Of a stretch of 64,000 nucleotides of DNA, positions 28,233 through 36,672 are shown piece by piece (position 1 is the first letter of the stretch; every line of letters starts with the position of its first letter). A program made the translations under genes and the position numbers. The notes beneath the pieces are model-generated. The model had not been told where the DNA came from, did not search any database, and saw only the letters and a program-made list of their open reading frames with translations. The stretch comes from an uncultured virus (IMG/VR IMGVR_UViG_3300030102_006999) (Duplodnaviria; Heunggongvirae; Uroviricota; Caudoviricetes), in the IMG/VR virus record IMGVR_UViG_3300030102_006999; one strand, 5' to 3'.

Positions 28233-28518
28233 ATTTTGGGATACGCTAGACTTGAAAGCTGGCGATGTAATACGAATAAACGGAGATGAAATACATTCTT
28301 CTGTGCATATTGTTACACAAACTTATCGCCGTCCGTATGGTGATGGTAAAGTATTCGGAGCAGATGGGTATACTCTTTTATGTGATGAACCTTATTATGA
28401 CGATGATATGAGAGTTGGAGAGATAAACCCGCTCTACTTAGAAGAATTTTTAAAGCGTTCAGAAAGTAACTCTTTGGAAGTGCTATACCGTGTATATCCC
28501 ACTACTAATAAGCCCTAA
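28222..28518 (+). CDS. small beta-barrel paralogue family member
   Basis: LKAGDVI..VHIVT..VGEI. Confidence 0.65.
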   Translation: MIFRFWDTLDLKAGDVIRINGDEIHSSVHIVTQTYRRPYGDGKVFGADGYTLLCDEPYYDDDMRVGEINPLYLEEFLKRSESNSLEVLYRVYPTTNKP

Positions 28519-28780
28519 TCAGGGTGACATTATAGAAAGATATTGCACTCACAGGCGAGAGCTTGTGGGTGTTTTTCTGGTTATAAATCCTAGAAAGAAA
28601 GGAAGAAAGGACTTAATGGAGGCATGGTGTCTTTATAACTGCTACTATGAAGCTAACTTTAATAGGTTCAAAGGACTAAAGGCGGGGTCAAAAGTATCGA
28701 TTCATAGAATCACGCTACTTAGTGAGCATGAAGCCAAGCAAACAGGGGAGGCGAATTACTACGTTGTAAGGAAACAATAG
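28490..28780 (+). CDS. small beta-barrel paralogue family member
   Basis: PNQGDII..VFLVI..AGSKV. Confidence 0.65.
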   Translation: MYIPLLISPNQGDIIERYCTHRRELVGVFLVINPRKKGRKDLMEAWCLYNCYYEANFNRFKGLKAGSKVSIHRITLLSEHEAKQTGEANYYVVRKQ

Positions 28781-28784
28781 ACTC

Positions 28785-28839
28785 TTGACATTTACTTGAC
28801 AACTTTTCTATAGACAAGCCCATCTCAAACGTGTATAAT
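28785..28839 (+). promoter_or_regulatory. compound promoter repeat copy 4
   Basis: 28785, 28796, TAGACA 28811, TATAAT 28834. Confidence 0.85.
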
Positions 28840-28864
28840 GTATATGTAAATCAGGGAGAACTCG

Positions 28865-29104
28865 ATGTCCAACTCAAACAACAATGAAATCGTTAAATTG
28901 TCTACGTTAAACGTAGAATCTATCCAAGACTGGAACCAGATGGTCCCGGTTATTCGAGAGGTTTTCCAAGTTATGAACGGTCATACCGATTGGGCATTTC
29001 ATCACGAAGTGATAATGGACGGCCTTTTGTCTCTTGACCTTTCGGCGACTAAGAAAGCCTGTAGTGCGTTTCTGGAGGTCTTTCGCCCGCAGGAGATTCA
29101 ATAA
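28865..29104 (+). CDS. hypothetical protein
   Basis: GGGAG RBS after repeat. Confidence 0.7.
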   Translation: MSNSNNNEIVKLSTLNVESIQDWNQMVPVIREVFQVMNGHTDWAFHHEVIMDGLLSLDLSATKKACSAFLEVFRPQEIQ

Positions 29105-29105
29105 C

Positions 29106-29306
29106 ATGAACGAACTTGTAGCCACTTATATTATCAATAATTGCCCTTTGGAAGTTTATAAATGCTTTACACATTCTGGTAATGATGCTGAAGCGTTTTA
29201 TGATTTTGAATATCAGGGCCGCTGTATAAACCTTGGAGAACCTTGGTTCGACGACGGAGAAGGTATCCCCTCTAAGGAGGAAATCTGTGAAGTATTTTTC
29301 TCTTGA
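29106..29306 (+). CDS. hypothetical protein
   Basis: AGGAG RBS, MNELVATY; stop inside repeat 5. Confidence 0.6.
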   Translation: MNELVATYIINNCPLEVYKCFTHSGNDAEAFYDFEYQGRCINLGEPWFDDGEGIPSKEEICEVFFS

Positions 29307-29357
29307 CATTCTCTTGACAACTTTTTTGTAGACAAGACTTTTTCAAACGTGTATAAT
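29303..29357 (+). promoter_or_regulatory. compound promoter repeat copy 5
   Basis: 29303, 29314, TAGACA 29329, TATAAT 29352. Confidence 0.85.
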
Positions 29358-29406
29358 GTATATACAAGTTGAGCGATTCACTAACCCAAACAAAGGACTA
29401 TCACAC

Positions 29407-29751
29407 ATGGGAATTAGAAGCGACGTAGCATTAGGAATGACTTTGGAAGTATACCAAGCACTTTCAGATGAAAGTAGAGAAACTATTAGAGAGTGGTGTG
29501 GAGAACACCAAGATATTGGCGACGAAGGTATTTTATTTGTTGCCGATAGTGTGAAATGGTACGCCGATTCATTCGATGATTTAATCGCCTTGTATGAGGA
29601 TTTAGAAGACCAAGACTTCGAGCAGTTTCATGTCATTGTTGCAACACCGGAATACCCCAATAATACAGACTTAGATATCGGCGACTGGTACGATAACCCG
29701 TGGGGAATTTATAAGTATACAAGTTGCGAATTACGATGGGACCACGCATAA
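29407..29751 (+). CDS. acidic phage hypothetical protein
   Basis: MGIRSDVALG...VKWY; AAGGA RBS. Confidence 0.7.
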   Translation: MGIRSDVALGMTLEVYQALSDESRETIREWCGEHQDIGDEGILFVADSVKWYADSFDDLIALYEDLEDQDFEQFHVIVATPEYPNNTDLDIGDWYDNPWGIYKYTSCELRWDHA

Positions 29752-30023
29752 TGCAGGACTTTCCTTATGAAATTGGAGATATTATCTCTACGCCGGATTT
29801 AATCGGCGGAGTAGCTGGAATATTGGTTGAAGTAGAAAAGCTGGATGAGCCTGACGATACCTCGTGTTTGAATGTCACAACGTCTTTTGCGGCTAGGCAT
29901 CACCAGAATACCCGGACGCATCGAATCAAACTGGCTATTATCCAGAGTTGTACCTCTGCCTTCAAACCGGGCGAGGTATGTGACTTTTGGCCGCCACAGG
30001 GGGCGACATGGAAGAAGTGGTAA
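29751..30023 (+). CDS. small beta-barrel paralogue family member
   Basis: YEIGDII..GILV..KPGEV..TWKK. Confidence 0.7.
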   Translation: MQDFPYEIGDIISTPDLIGGVAGILVEVEKLDEPDDTSCLNVTTSFAARHHQNTRTHRIKLAIIQSCTSAFKPGEVCDFWPPQGATWKKW

Positions 30024-30385
30024 CTTCAGAAGATATACAGGTAGGTGATATTATCTCGGAGAGAGGCATAATATCAGAGCGTTGGAATCCAGAATACCGC
30101 GATATGGGCGCATACATGAATGAATTTACTCGCTTCGTCGTATTGTCCAAGGTTAACGTGGAAGATAGGCCAATGCTAATAACAGGCGCACGCCGGTTTT
30201 ATTTCAAAGTAGCTATTCTGTACGCTATTCCAGAAATAAGGGAAGTAATGAATAACGCGCACACTTATAAACTTACTGACTGGGAAGTTGACGATGAAGA
30301 TTACAGCGACGAGGCAACTTATTGGTGCTTAGAAACGGGCGAAGATGCCCCAGTAACACCGAGAGAGTGGGTAAGACTAGGGTGA
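30008..30385 (+). CDS. small beta-barrel paralogue family member
   Basis: IQVGDII..TRFVVL..VAILY..YW. Confidence 0.65.
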   Translation: MEEVVTSEDIQVGDIISERGIISERWNPEYRDMGAYMNEFTRFVVLSKVNVEDRPMLITGARRFYFKVAILYAIPEIREVMNNAHTYKLTDWEVDDEDYSDEATYWCLETGEDAPVTPREWVRLG

Positions 30386-30621
30386 AACTTGAAGATTTAG
30401 AAGTAGGTCATTTGTATAGGTATCAAGTCTTTCCCGGCGCACCCGTAGGGTATTGGATAATATTGGAGGAATTTCCTACCGACTCGCGGAGTGTGCATAG
30501 TAGGGACGGTTCGCCCCACCGAAGGTTCCGCTGGTTTTGCTTACAGGGTCCGGTTCTGAATAGGTACATGATTTTTGATATACCTGAAAGTCAAGTTCAT
30601 GCCTTAACTTTAATCTCTTGA
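30382..30621 (+). CDS. small beta-barrel paralogue family member (GTG start)
   Basis: DLEVGHLY..YWIILEE; stop inside repeat 6. Confidence 0.6.
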   Translation: MKLEDLEVGHLYRYQVFPGAPVGYWIILEEFPTDSRSVHSRDGSPHRRFRWFCLQGPVLNRYMIFDIPESQVHALTLIS

Positions 30622-30672
30622 CATTCTCTTGACAACTTTTTTGTAGACAAGACTCAAAATAACGTGTATAAT
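30618..30672 (+). promoter_or_regulatory. compound promoter repeat copy 6
   Basis: 30618, 30629, TAGACA 30644, TATAAT 30667; 67 bp identical to copy 11. Confidence 0.88.
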
Positions 30673-30699
30673 GTATACATAACTTAAAGGGGTTAATAC

Positions 30700-31296
30700 A
30701 TGAGCGAACAACTTAAACGACTCGAAACTTTCCTAGCGCGTACCGATATCAAGCCTTCGGAGCGCAACTTTGGCGACTCTTTGAAACAATGGTTTGGTGT
30801 GAAAGGCCGCCTGTCTCAAGGCCAGTGGTCTGCATTTCAGAGGATGGAAGCCCGATATGACCCAAAAGTAATTGCCCAGCGTCAAGCATGGTATGACCAG
30901 TGGGATGAAGAAAAGGCAAAAAACATTCGCGTTGCCGCTGAATATTATAAGTCAAACCCTCCTTATTTCGCGGGCGCTTGTCAAACTATCTTAGAAGATG
31001 AGACTTATATTCCTACCGAAAAGCTGTACCGCTCTATGGTAGAGAATAAGTTCGTTCAGAAGGTGCTTAACACTATTAACTCCGAGCCTCAATTTGAAGT
31101 CGGTTCGTTAGTGCAGGTTCGTAAGACTGCATCAAAGTCTGCTTACAAACTCCGCAACCGTGTCGCTATGGTCGTAGCAAACAACGGCCCGGTTCGCAGT
31201 CATGCAAAGGGTGCAAAAGTATATACCATCCTGCCTTTTGGGGAGACCGGGACGGTCCAGATTCAAGAGCGATTTCTAAAGCGGAAGAGAGGTTAA
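30700..31296 (+). CDS. hypothetical protein with C-terminal KOW/SH3-like domain
   Basis: FEVGSLVQVR...AMVV in the C-terminal third. Confidence 0.7.
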   Translation: MSEQLKRLETFLARTDIKPSERNFGDSLKQWFGVKGRLSQGQWSAFQRMEARYDPKVIAQRQAWYDQWDEEKAKNIRVAAEYYKSNPPYFAGACQTILEDETYIPTEKLYRSMVENKFVQKVLNTINSEPQFEVGSLVQVRKTASKSAYKLRNRVAMVVANNGPVRSHAKGAKVYTILPFGETGTVQIQERFLKRKRG

Positions 31297-31297
31297 G

Positions 31298-31576
31298 ATG
31301 TCGTCTATTTATCCAAAGCCCGGTAGCAAACCCCTCTCTCCTTCAGAGGTGAAAGAGGGTGACGTTTTATTCTGTACTTATCATAAGAGTGCCATGGCAG
31401 GTTATAAACCGGCTATTGCGAGAAAGTATCTAGTTTTAAAGGTTGATAAAAGGCCGTGGGCAGGCCCTAAAGTCACTTGTGTTATATTGTACGCCCATCG
31501 ATATAAGAATCCCGGCGAAATAGCTATCTTAGACCTCCCCGCGCTGCCTATCGACGTTTGGGGTATGGAGGCATAA
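31298..31576 (+). CDS. small beta-barrel paralogue family member
   Basis: VKEGDVL..RKYLVL..VILY..PGEI..VW. Confidence 0.7.
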   Translation: MSSIYPKPGSKPLSPSEVKEGDVLFCTYHKSAMAGYKPAIARKYLVLKVDKRPWAGPKVTCVILYAHRYKNPGEIAILDLPALPIDVWGMEA

Positions 31577-31852
31577 TTGGCTTTAGAAGTTGAAAACCCA
31601 CAAGTAGGCGACCTGCTTGACCTATTCTGCGATGGAGAACTTATTTCAAAGTGCCTTGTTGTTGGAAAATCTCCTTCATATGAGTATTATGACGAGGAAC
31701 CCACAGATAAGAATCAGGAGTTTGTACTTACTTTATATAATGTATATAAAAAGTCGCCATCTTCACCAACCTGTCATAAGGTAGGAGAAAGCTGGCCTAT
31801 ATCGAAAAGGATTATGGAGCGTTACGTTTATACTTGGAAGAAGGCCAAATAA
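31577..31852 (+). CDS. small beta-barrel paralogue family member
   Basis: PQVGDLL..KCLVV..VGES..YTWKK. Confidence 0.7.
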   Translation: MALEVENPQVGDLLDLFCDGELISKCLVVGKSPSYEYYDEEPTDKNQEFVLTLYNVYKKSPSSPTCHKVGESWPISKRIMERYVYTWKKAK

Positions 31853-32100
31853 TGGAGGTTTGAACTAGTATCTCAAAGTTAAAACTATATAAAGAGAAAA
31901 CCCAGACCAATATCTGACAGGTCTGGCTTGTCCATTGGCGTACTTAAAACACGATAATGGATAGGGCACCCGCCGAGAGGGTGAATCAATAAAGAAATTG
32001 CAGGTTAGGAAGGCGGGAATCCGAGAAAACCGCTTAGGCTTGTCTACCAATAGTACCAAGCACGCCTTGAGATACTTGTTGAAACCTTGATTATTTACTC

Positions 32101-32155
32101 TTGACATTTACTTGACAACTTTTGTATAGACAGGCCCGCTTCGGACGTGTATAAT
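32101..32155 (+). promoter_or_regulatory. compound promoter repeat copy 7
   Basis: 32101, 32112, TAGACA 32127, TATAAT 32150. Confidence 0.85.
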
Positions 32156-32180
32156 AAACCTATCAAACACGGAGGTTTGA

Positions 32181-33074
32181 ATGTTTTGCGGTGAATCTGT
32201 AACGAATAGAGCTATTAACTTACTTATAGAGAAGCGGGGCCTAAAGGGACACGTTGCTGCTGACAGGTTTGTCTCTGATTTTGTAGCTTATTTGATATCT
32301 ATTGCTCATACGAAAGGTTTTGACCCAAATGAAACTCTTGACTTGCTAGAAAATGATGAAAACTTAACTTGTAACACTATTTTTAGTCAAAACTTTCGTA
32401 AGTCTTTAATGGAGTTAATCTCTCCAAAACTTAGGAACAACGCACTTTTTATGGAAATGTTTCCAGTATTGATGCGAAGCAACGGAAAGGGAATTGGAAT
32501 CGGGGAAATGGTGCTTCCACTTATAATATCTAATTATAGATTCTCTGTAGAGAGCGACGGGGCTTATGGAGAGGGTAAAAAGGCAGAAATAAAAAAGAAC
32601 GGTGCAAGCCTAAAGCCCATGAAAACCGGCGATACCGACAAAGGACTAGTCGATACTCTCAATAGGGAGCTTTGGAAGGGCACAGTTCCCGGCAAAAGAA
32701 GAGAAAAGCTGTTCAGAGCACACTTATCAGCAATTGGCTCAAATCCAGATTATTCCGAATATATCAAAAGACTATATCCCACCGCGAAAGACGAGTATAA
32801 AGCCGAACTTATCGCGGAACTCAATAATAACTATTCCGATAAAGAAGCCGTCTGCAACGCTTTCGGTTTGTTCGCCTTAAAGCAATATAAATCTGTAGAT
32901 GGATGGAGTAATATCTTATACATTGATGACGAAAACGGAAATATCGTAAATATATCTAATATTGATACCTTGAACATCAATGAAATGAAAATAAAGTTTA
33001 CACCCCACTTATATAGAGGTCGAGACACTCAAGCAATTGCAGATGGGTACGTCAATCTCACAATAAAGAAATAG
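32181..33074 (+). CDS. PD-(D/E)xK-like nuclease
   Basis: GIGIGEMVL...SDG...AEIKK; GGAGG RBS. Confidence 0.55.
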   Translation: MFCGESVTNRAINLLIEKRGLKGHVAADRFVSDFVAYLISIAHTKGFDPNETLDLLENDENLTCNTIFSQNFRKSLMELISPKLRNNALFMEMFPVLMRSNGKGIGIGEMVLPLIISNYRFSVESDGAYGEGKKAEIKKNGASLKPMKTGDTDKGLVDTLNRELWKGTVPGKRREKLFRAHLSAIGSNPDYSEYIKRLYPTAKDEYKAELIAELNNNYSDKEAVCNAFGLFALKQYKSVDGWSNILYIDDENGNIVNISNIDTLNINEMKIKFTPHLYRGRDTQAIADGYVNLTIKK

Positions 33075-33084
33075 GAGCTAACCC

Positions 33085-33405
33085 ATGAAGCATTTTGTAG
33101 TCCAGCGAGAAAACCATACTATCCAGCAACGCGATATCGACCTCATATTTGGCCCTGTAGAGGCCCACGAGGATATTTTGGTAGTAGACCATGATGACCT
33201 TGCTGTGATGGCTGTAGAGGCCGGTCTGTTCCCTTCTAGGGGCCAATCAAGGCGCAACGGACTAGGTGGCCCAGCCCCTCACGGTCTGCATCAGATTGGC
33301 ACCAAAAAGAAGCGATTTTGGGTCTGGAATCCAATTGCGGGCGATGAAAAGGTAACTTTAAAGCCTTCTTTTGATAGAACTCAAGGCTGGTTTCGGGGAA
33401 GATAG
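33085..33405 (+). CDS. S4-like RNA-binding protein (TyrRS C-terminal-like)
   Basis: DLAVMAVEAGLFPSRGQSRR...IGTKKKRF. Confidence 0.5.
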   Translation: MKHFVVQRENHTIQQRDIDLIFGPVEAHEDILVVDHDDLAVMAVEAGLFPSRGQSRRNGLGGPAPHGLHQIGTKKKRFWVWNPIAGDEKVTLKPSFDRTQGWFRGR

Positions 33406-33408
33406 GCT

Positions 33409-33606
33409 ATGAAAGTGGAAGATTTAAAGGTGGGCGGTTGTTATAACTTAAAGAAAAGGTCTTTTATCTTGGTCAAAACTAAACAATACAACAATACAGC
33501 TATTACCGGCTATCACGTTTACTGGATTCGTCACCCTAAAAAGCAAGGTGAAACCTCTATTTATTGGCCAATGGAGTTTCAAGAGTTTCTAAATCGATGG
33601 TCTTGA
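33409..33606 (+). CDS. small beta-barrel paralogue family member
   Basis: DLKVGGCY..FILV; stop inside repeat 8. Confidence 0.6.
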   Translation: MKVEDLKVGGCYNLKKRSFILVKTKQYNNTAITGYHVYWIRHPKKQGETSIYWPMEFQEFLNRWS

Positions 33607-33657
33607 CATTTTTTTGACAACTTTTCTATAGACAAATACTTCTCTAGGGTGTATAAT
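33603..33657 (+). promoter_or_regulatory. compound promoter repeat copy 8
   Basis: 33603, 33614, TAGACA 33629, TATAAT 33652. Confidence 0.85.
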
Positions 33658-33689
33658 TACATAGTAACTTAAACAGGAGTCTATCACAC

Positions 33690-34474
33690 ATGGCCTATTC
33701 ATTTAATACATATAAAAGAACTGTTCACTGTTCATATTGTCATCAACCCGGCCACAACCGATCATCTTGCCCGCAATACGCCGCCCGTATCGAGGAGATT
33801 CGCAAAGAATCCGGCGATGATCATTATGCCGTCGTTGCATATGACGCTAAGAAAAGACGTCGAAAAATGTCCGGCAAAGAACGCTCTTGTTCATATTGCG
33901 ATACCAAAGGGCATAATCGCTCGACTTGCCCAGAACTCAAAAATAATATCGCCGAAAGTCAGGTTAAAAGTGCCGCTTTCCGAAAGGTGATTTATGAACG
34001 AATGAAGGCCCATGGTCTTGGCGTGGGTGCCGTTGTATCTTCTGATAGGTTCATGGGCCGCGTCGATTCNNNNNNNNNNATTCTTCTGATACTCAATCGG
34101 ATTTATACCGTGTACCGCAAGTAATCGTGCAAGTGAATTGGAATAATATTTCTCACCACAATCGAGAATATAGTTATTTCGATAAAAATGCGCCATGGCT
34201 AACTAAACCCTTGACTAATATTTCTTATCCATGGTCATCTGATTGCGGGTGGGTTTGGGATAGTGAAGTTATAAAGCATCTTATGGGCGCAGATGTCGCA
34301 GAATCATGGATTGACGGCTCACATTGGCGTGCGGGTAGTAAGATGCAATACTTCTGTGAAGTGACAAGCCCCATTCAAACTGAAGAACCGCCAGAAGGCT
34401 GGTTCGAAGGCGGCGACGTGAAGTATTGGAAGAAAGTCTATAAGAATCGAAAGTCCTACCAAGGTGCTTTGTAA
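33690..34474 (+). CDS. double CCHC zinc-knuckle protein; one gene split by the gap at 34070-34079
   Basis: CSYCHQPGHNRSSC and CSYCDTKGHNRSTC; flanks overlap (GATTC/ATTC), joining into the 34127-34474 frame. Confidence 0.75.
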
Positions 34475-34483
34475 GCACCTTTT
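34461..34483 (+). terminator. hairpin terminator before repeat 9
   Basis: AAGGTGCTT-TGT-AAGCACCTT-TT. Confidence 0.6.
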
Positions 34484-34488
34484 CGCCC

Positions 34489-34543
34489 TTGACATTCTCT
34501 TGACAACTTTCTTATTGACTTAACCTTCCCCGGCGTGTATAAT
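34489..34543 (+). promoter_or_regulatory. compound promoter repeat copy 9
   Basis: 34489, 34500, TTGACT 34515, TATAAT 34538. Confidence 0.85.
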
Positions 34544-34568
34544 TACAGTACAAAACACGGAGAACTCA

Positions 34569-34889
34569 ATGCCGCTTCCTTTCGCCATAGCAGGTAAATC
34601 AGATAAAAAAAGACCTATATATGTAACAAACCCAATGACAGTCCATGATGTCAAGCCGGGCATGCTTTTAACATATCGGCACTATGACTGGTATGATAAT
34701 CCTAAAAATATCACCACCGAAAGTCTCTGGCTGGTTTTGGAGCAGCTTGAATTTCGCAGTAGAGAGGCGACGAAGTTCAGAATAGTTTGCCTTAAATCGG
34801 GACTTCCCGATGCGCCCGATTTAGGTATGACAGTGGATTATCTTTTCGACTATAAAACTATACATAGATTTAGCCCCAGCCAATCTTAA
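34569..34889 (+). CDS. small beta-barrel paralogue family member
   Basis: DVKPGMLL..LWLVLE..IVCL..LGMTV. Confidence 0.7.
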   Translation: MPLPFAIAGKSDKKRPIYVTNPMTVHDVKPGMLLTYRHYDWYDNPKNITTESLWLVLEQLEFRSREATKFRIVCLKSGLPDAPDLGMTVDYLFDYKTIHRFSPSQS

Positions 34890-34899
34890 ATATAATCTC

Positions 34900-34954
34900 T
34901 TGACATTCTCTTGACAACTTTTCTATAGACAAGACCTTTTCAAGCGTGTATAAT
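34900..34954 (+). promoter_or_regulatory. compound promoter repeat copy 10
   Basis: 34900, 34911, TAGACA 34926, TATAAT 34949. Confidence 0.85.
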
Positions 34955-34979
34955 GTATATACAAAACACGGAGAACTTA

Positions 34980-35261
34980 ATGCCTAACACTAATGAGCCA
35001 ACAATGACAGCAGAAGAACGCGACGCAAAAATTAAGCATTACCTTAGACTTATTGAAGAAATGAGCGGCACTTGGCTCGACAGGGACCGATACCGCGATT
35101 GTATCAACAACTTTAGGCGCAATATCCGCGAACTTGAAGGGATGGCAGTCAAAACAAGCTACTCGCATGGAAAATGCAAGGCGGAATTGGCCGATAGCCC
35201 CGACGTTGTTCGTTCTGAAAGCTGGGGCAACGGAACTGTCAGCTTTACAAGCTGGAAATAA
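34980..35261 (+). CDS. hypothetical protein (monocistronic cassette)
   Basis: GGAG RBS; bounded by repeats 10 and 11. Confidence 0.7.
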   Translation: MPNTNEPTMTAEERDAKIKHYLRLIEEMSGTWLDRDRYRDCINNFRRNIRELEGMAVKTSYSHGKCKAELADSPDVVRSESWGNGTVSFTSWK

Positions 35262-35265
35262 TCTC

Positions 35266-35320
35266 TTGACATTCTCTTGACAACTTTTTTGTAGACAAGA
35301 CTCAAAATAACGTGTATAAT
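35266..35320 (+). promoter_or_regulatory. compound promoter repeat copy 11
   Basis: 35266, 35277, TAGACA 35292, TATAAT 35315. Confidence 0.88.
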
Positions 35321-35389
35321 GTATATACATTTTGAGCGATTCACTAACCCACTTACTAACTAAATCACACACTATACTGGAGCTATCAC

Positions 35390-36538
35390 ATGTCAGTTGC
35401 TATCACTTTTGCTAACCTTAAATCTATGATCCCAACCCTTCTTTCAGGCGACGAGCGCGACCTTTATTCCGTTCTTATCCGTGGCCGTCACGGTATCGGC
35501 AAGTCTTGGGTTGCTTATCAGACCGCTTCCGGCCTTGCATGGGACGGCGCAAAGACCCGTCCAATTAAGGACGGCGAAACTTCGCTTCCGGTTGTTGAGA
35601 TTCGTGCATCTCAAATGACCGAGGGTGACTTGCTTGGTCTGCCTTCGCCTCACGATGTAAACGTGAACGGCGAACAAGCGGCTTCCTTACGCCCTTTTGC
35701 TTGGCTTGTCAAAGCCTGTACTGAACCCGTTGTCTTGTTCCTCGACGAAGTTGACCGAGCGACAACCGAGGTTCGTCAAGGGTTTTTCCAATTGGGTGAC
35801 TCTCGCCAGATTAACGGATGGAAACTTCATCCCGGCACCGTTGTATTCGGTGCGGTCAATGGCGGCGTTCATGCTGCACAATACCAAGTCGCTGATATGG
35901 ACCCTGCTGAACTTGACCGCTGGGTTACGTTCGACGTTGAGCCTTCCGTTGAAGATTGGCTTGACTGGGGCAAAACCGAGATTCATGCTATTGTTTGGGA
36001 CTTTATCAACCAGAACCGCGAACACTTAGAGCACAAGGGTGAATTTGAACCGGGTACTGTGTATCCTTCACGCCGCTCATGGCACCGTTTGAATAATACG
36101 CTTGCGAAGGTCAATATGCTCGACGACGAGAAAGCTGACCTTGGTTTGCTTTTCAACCTTTCTCACGGTTTTGTTGGCTTTGAAGCTGCTGTATCTCTAC
36201 GTGACTTCGTTGAAAACTACGAGCGACAAGTAACGATTGAAGATATTCTGGATGCTGGAAAGCTAGATAAGACCAAGGATTTCGGCCTTGTGGACCATGT
36301 AGCCCTTATTGAGAAGATGGATGCTGCTGGCGTATTTACCGCCTCCATCCCCAATTCTCGCTTAATCAATCTTGTCAACTACTTCGACACCCTTCCGTCA
36401 GAAGCTAGGATGAAACTCTTTACTACTCTGACCGCTGCAAACAGTCAGATATCCGCCGAGAATGGCTCGAACTTCCATAAGGAGCTTGCAAACCAAGGTA
36501 AGGTCGAGGCGTTCATTAAGCTACTAGGTGGAAACTAG
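35390..36538 (+). CDS. MoxR-type AAA+ ATPase
   Basis: GRHGIGKS Walker A, LFLDEVDR Walker B, GAVN sensor I, MDPAELDRW, PSRRSW. Confidence 0.88.
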   Translation: MSVAITFANLKSMIPTLLSGDERDLYSVLIRGRHGIGKSWVAYQTASGLAWDGAKTRPIKDGETSLPVVEIRASQMTEGDLLGLPSPHDVNVNGEQAASLRPFAWLVKACTEPVVLFLDEVDRATTEVRQGFFQLGDSRQINGWKLHPGTVVFGAVNGGVHAAQYQVADMDPAELDRWVTFDVEPSVEDWLDWGKTEIHAIVWDFINQNREHLEHKGEFEPGTVYPSRRSWHRLNNTLAKVNMLDDEKADLGLLFNLSHGFVGFEAAVSLRDFVENYERQVTIEDILDAGKLDKTKDFGLVDHVALIEKMDAAGVFTASIPNSRLINLVNYFDTLPSEARMKLFTTLTAANSQISAENGSNFHKELANQGKVEAFIKLLGGN

Positions 36539-36564
36539 TACCCGCGTGTGATAGCAAAGGTTGA

Positions 36565-36590
36565 AGGGGGCGAAAGCCCCCTCCCTTTTC
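36565..36590 (+). terminator. GNRA-tetraloop hairpin terminator
   Basis: AGGGGGC-GAAA-GCCCCCT then CCCTTTTC. Confidence 0.7.
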
Positions 36591-36592
36591 TC

Positions 36593-36647
36593 TTGACATT
36601 TTTTTGACAACTTTTTTGTAGACTTTTGTGCTGCCAGCGTGTATAAT
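36593..36647 (+). promoter_or_regulatory. compound promoter repeat copy 12
   Basis: 36593, 36604, TAGACT 36619, TATAAT 36642. Confidence 0.85.
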
Positions 36648-36672
36648 TATATCATAACTTGGAGCTATTCAC

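Noticed and set aside
31865..32107. 80-aa minus-strand ORF
   Set aside because: It starts inside the reversed repeat 7 with no RBS or promoter; the region is better explained as structured non-coding sequence.
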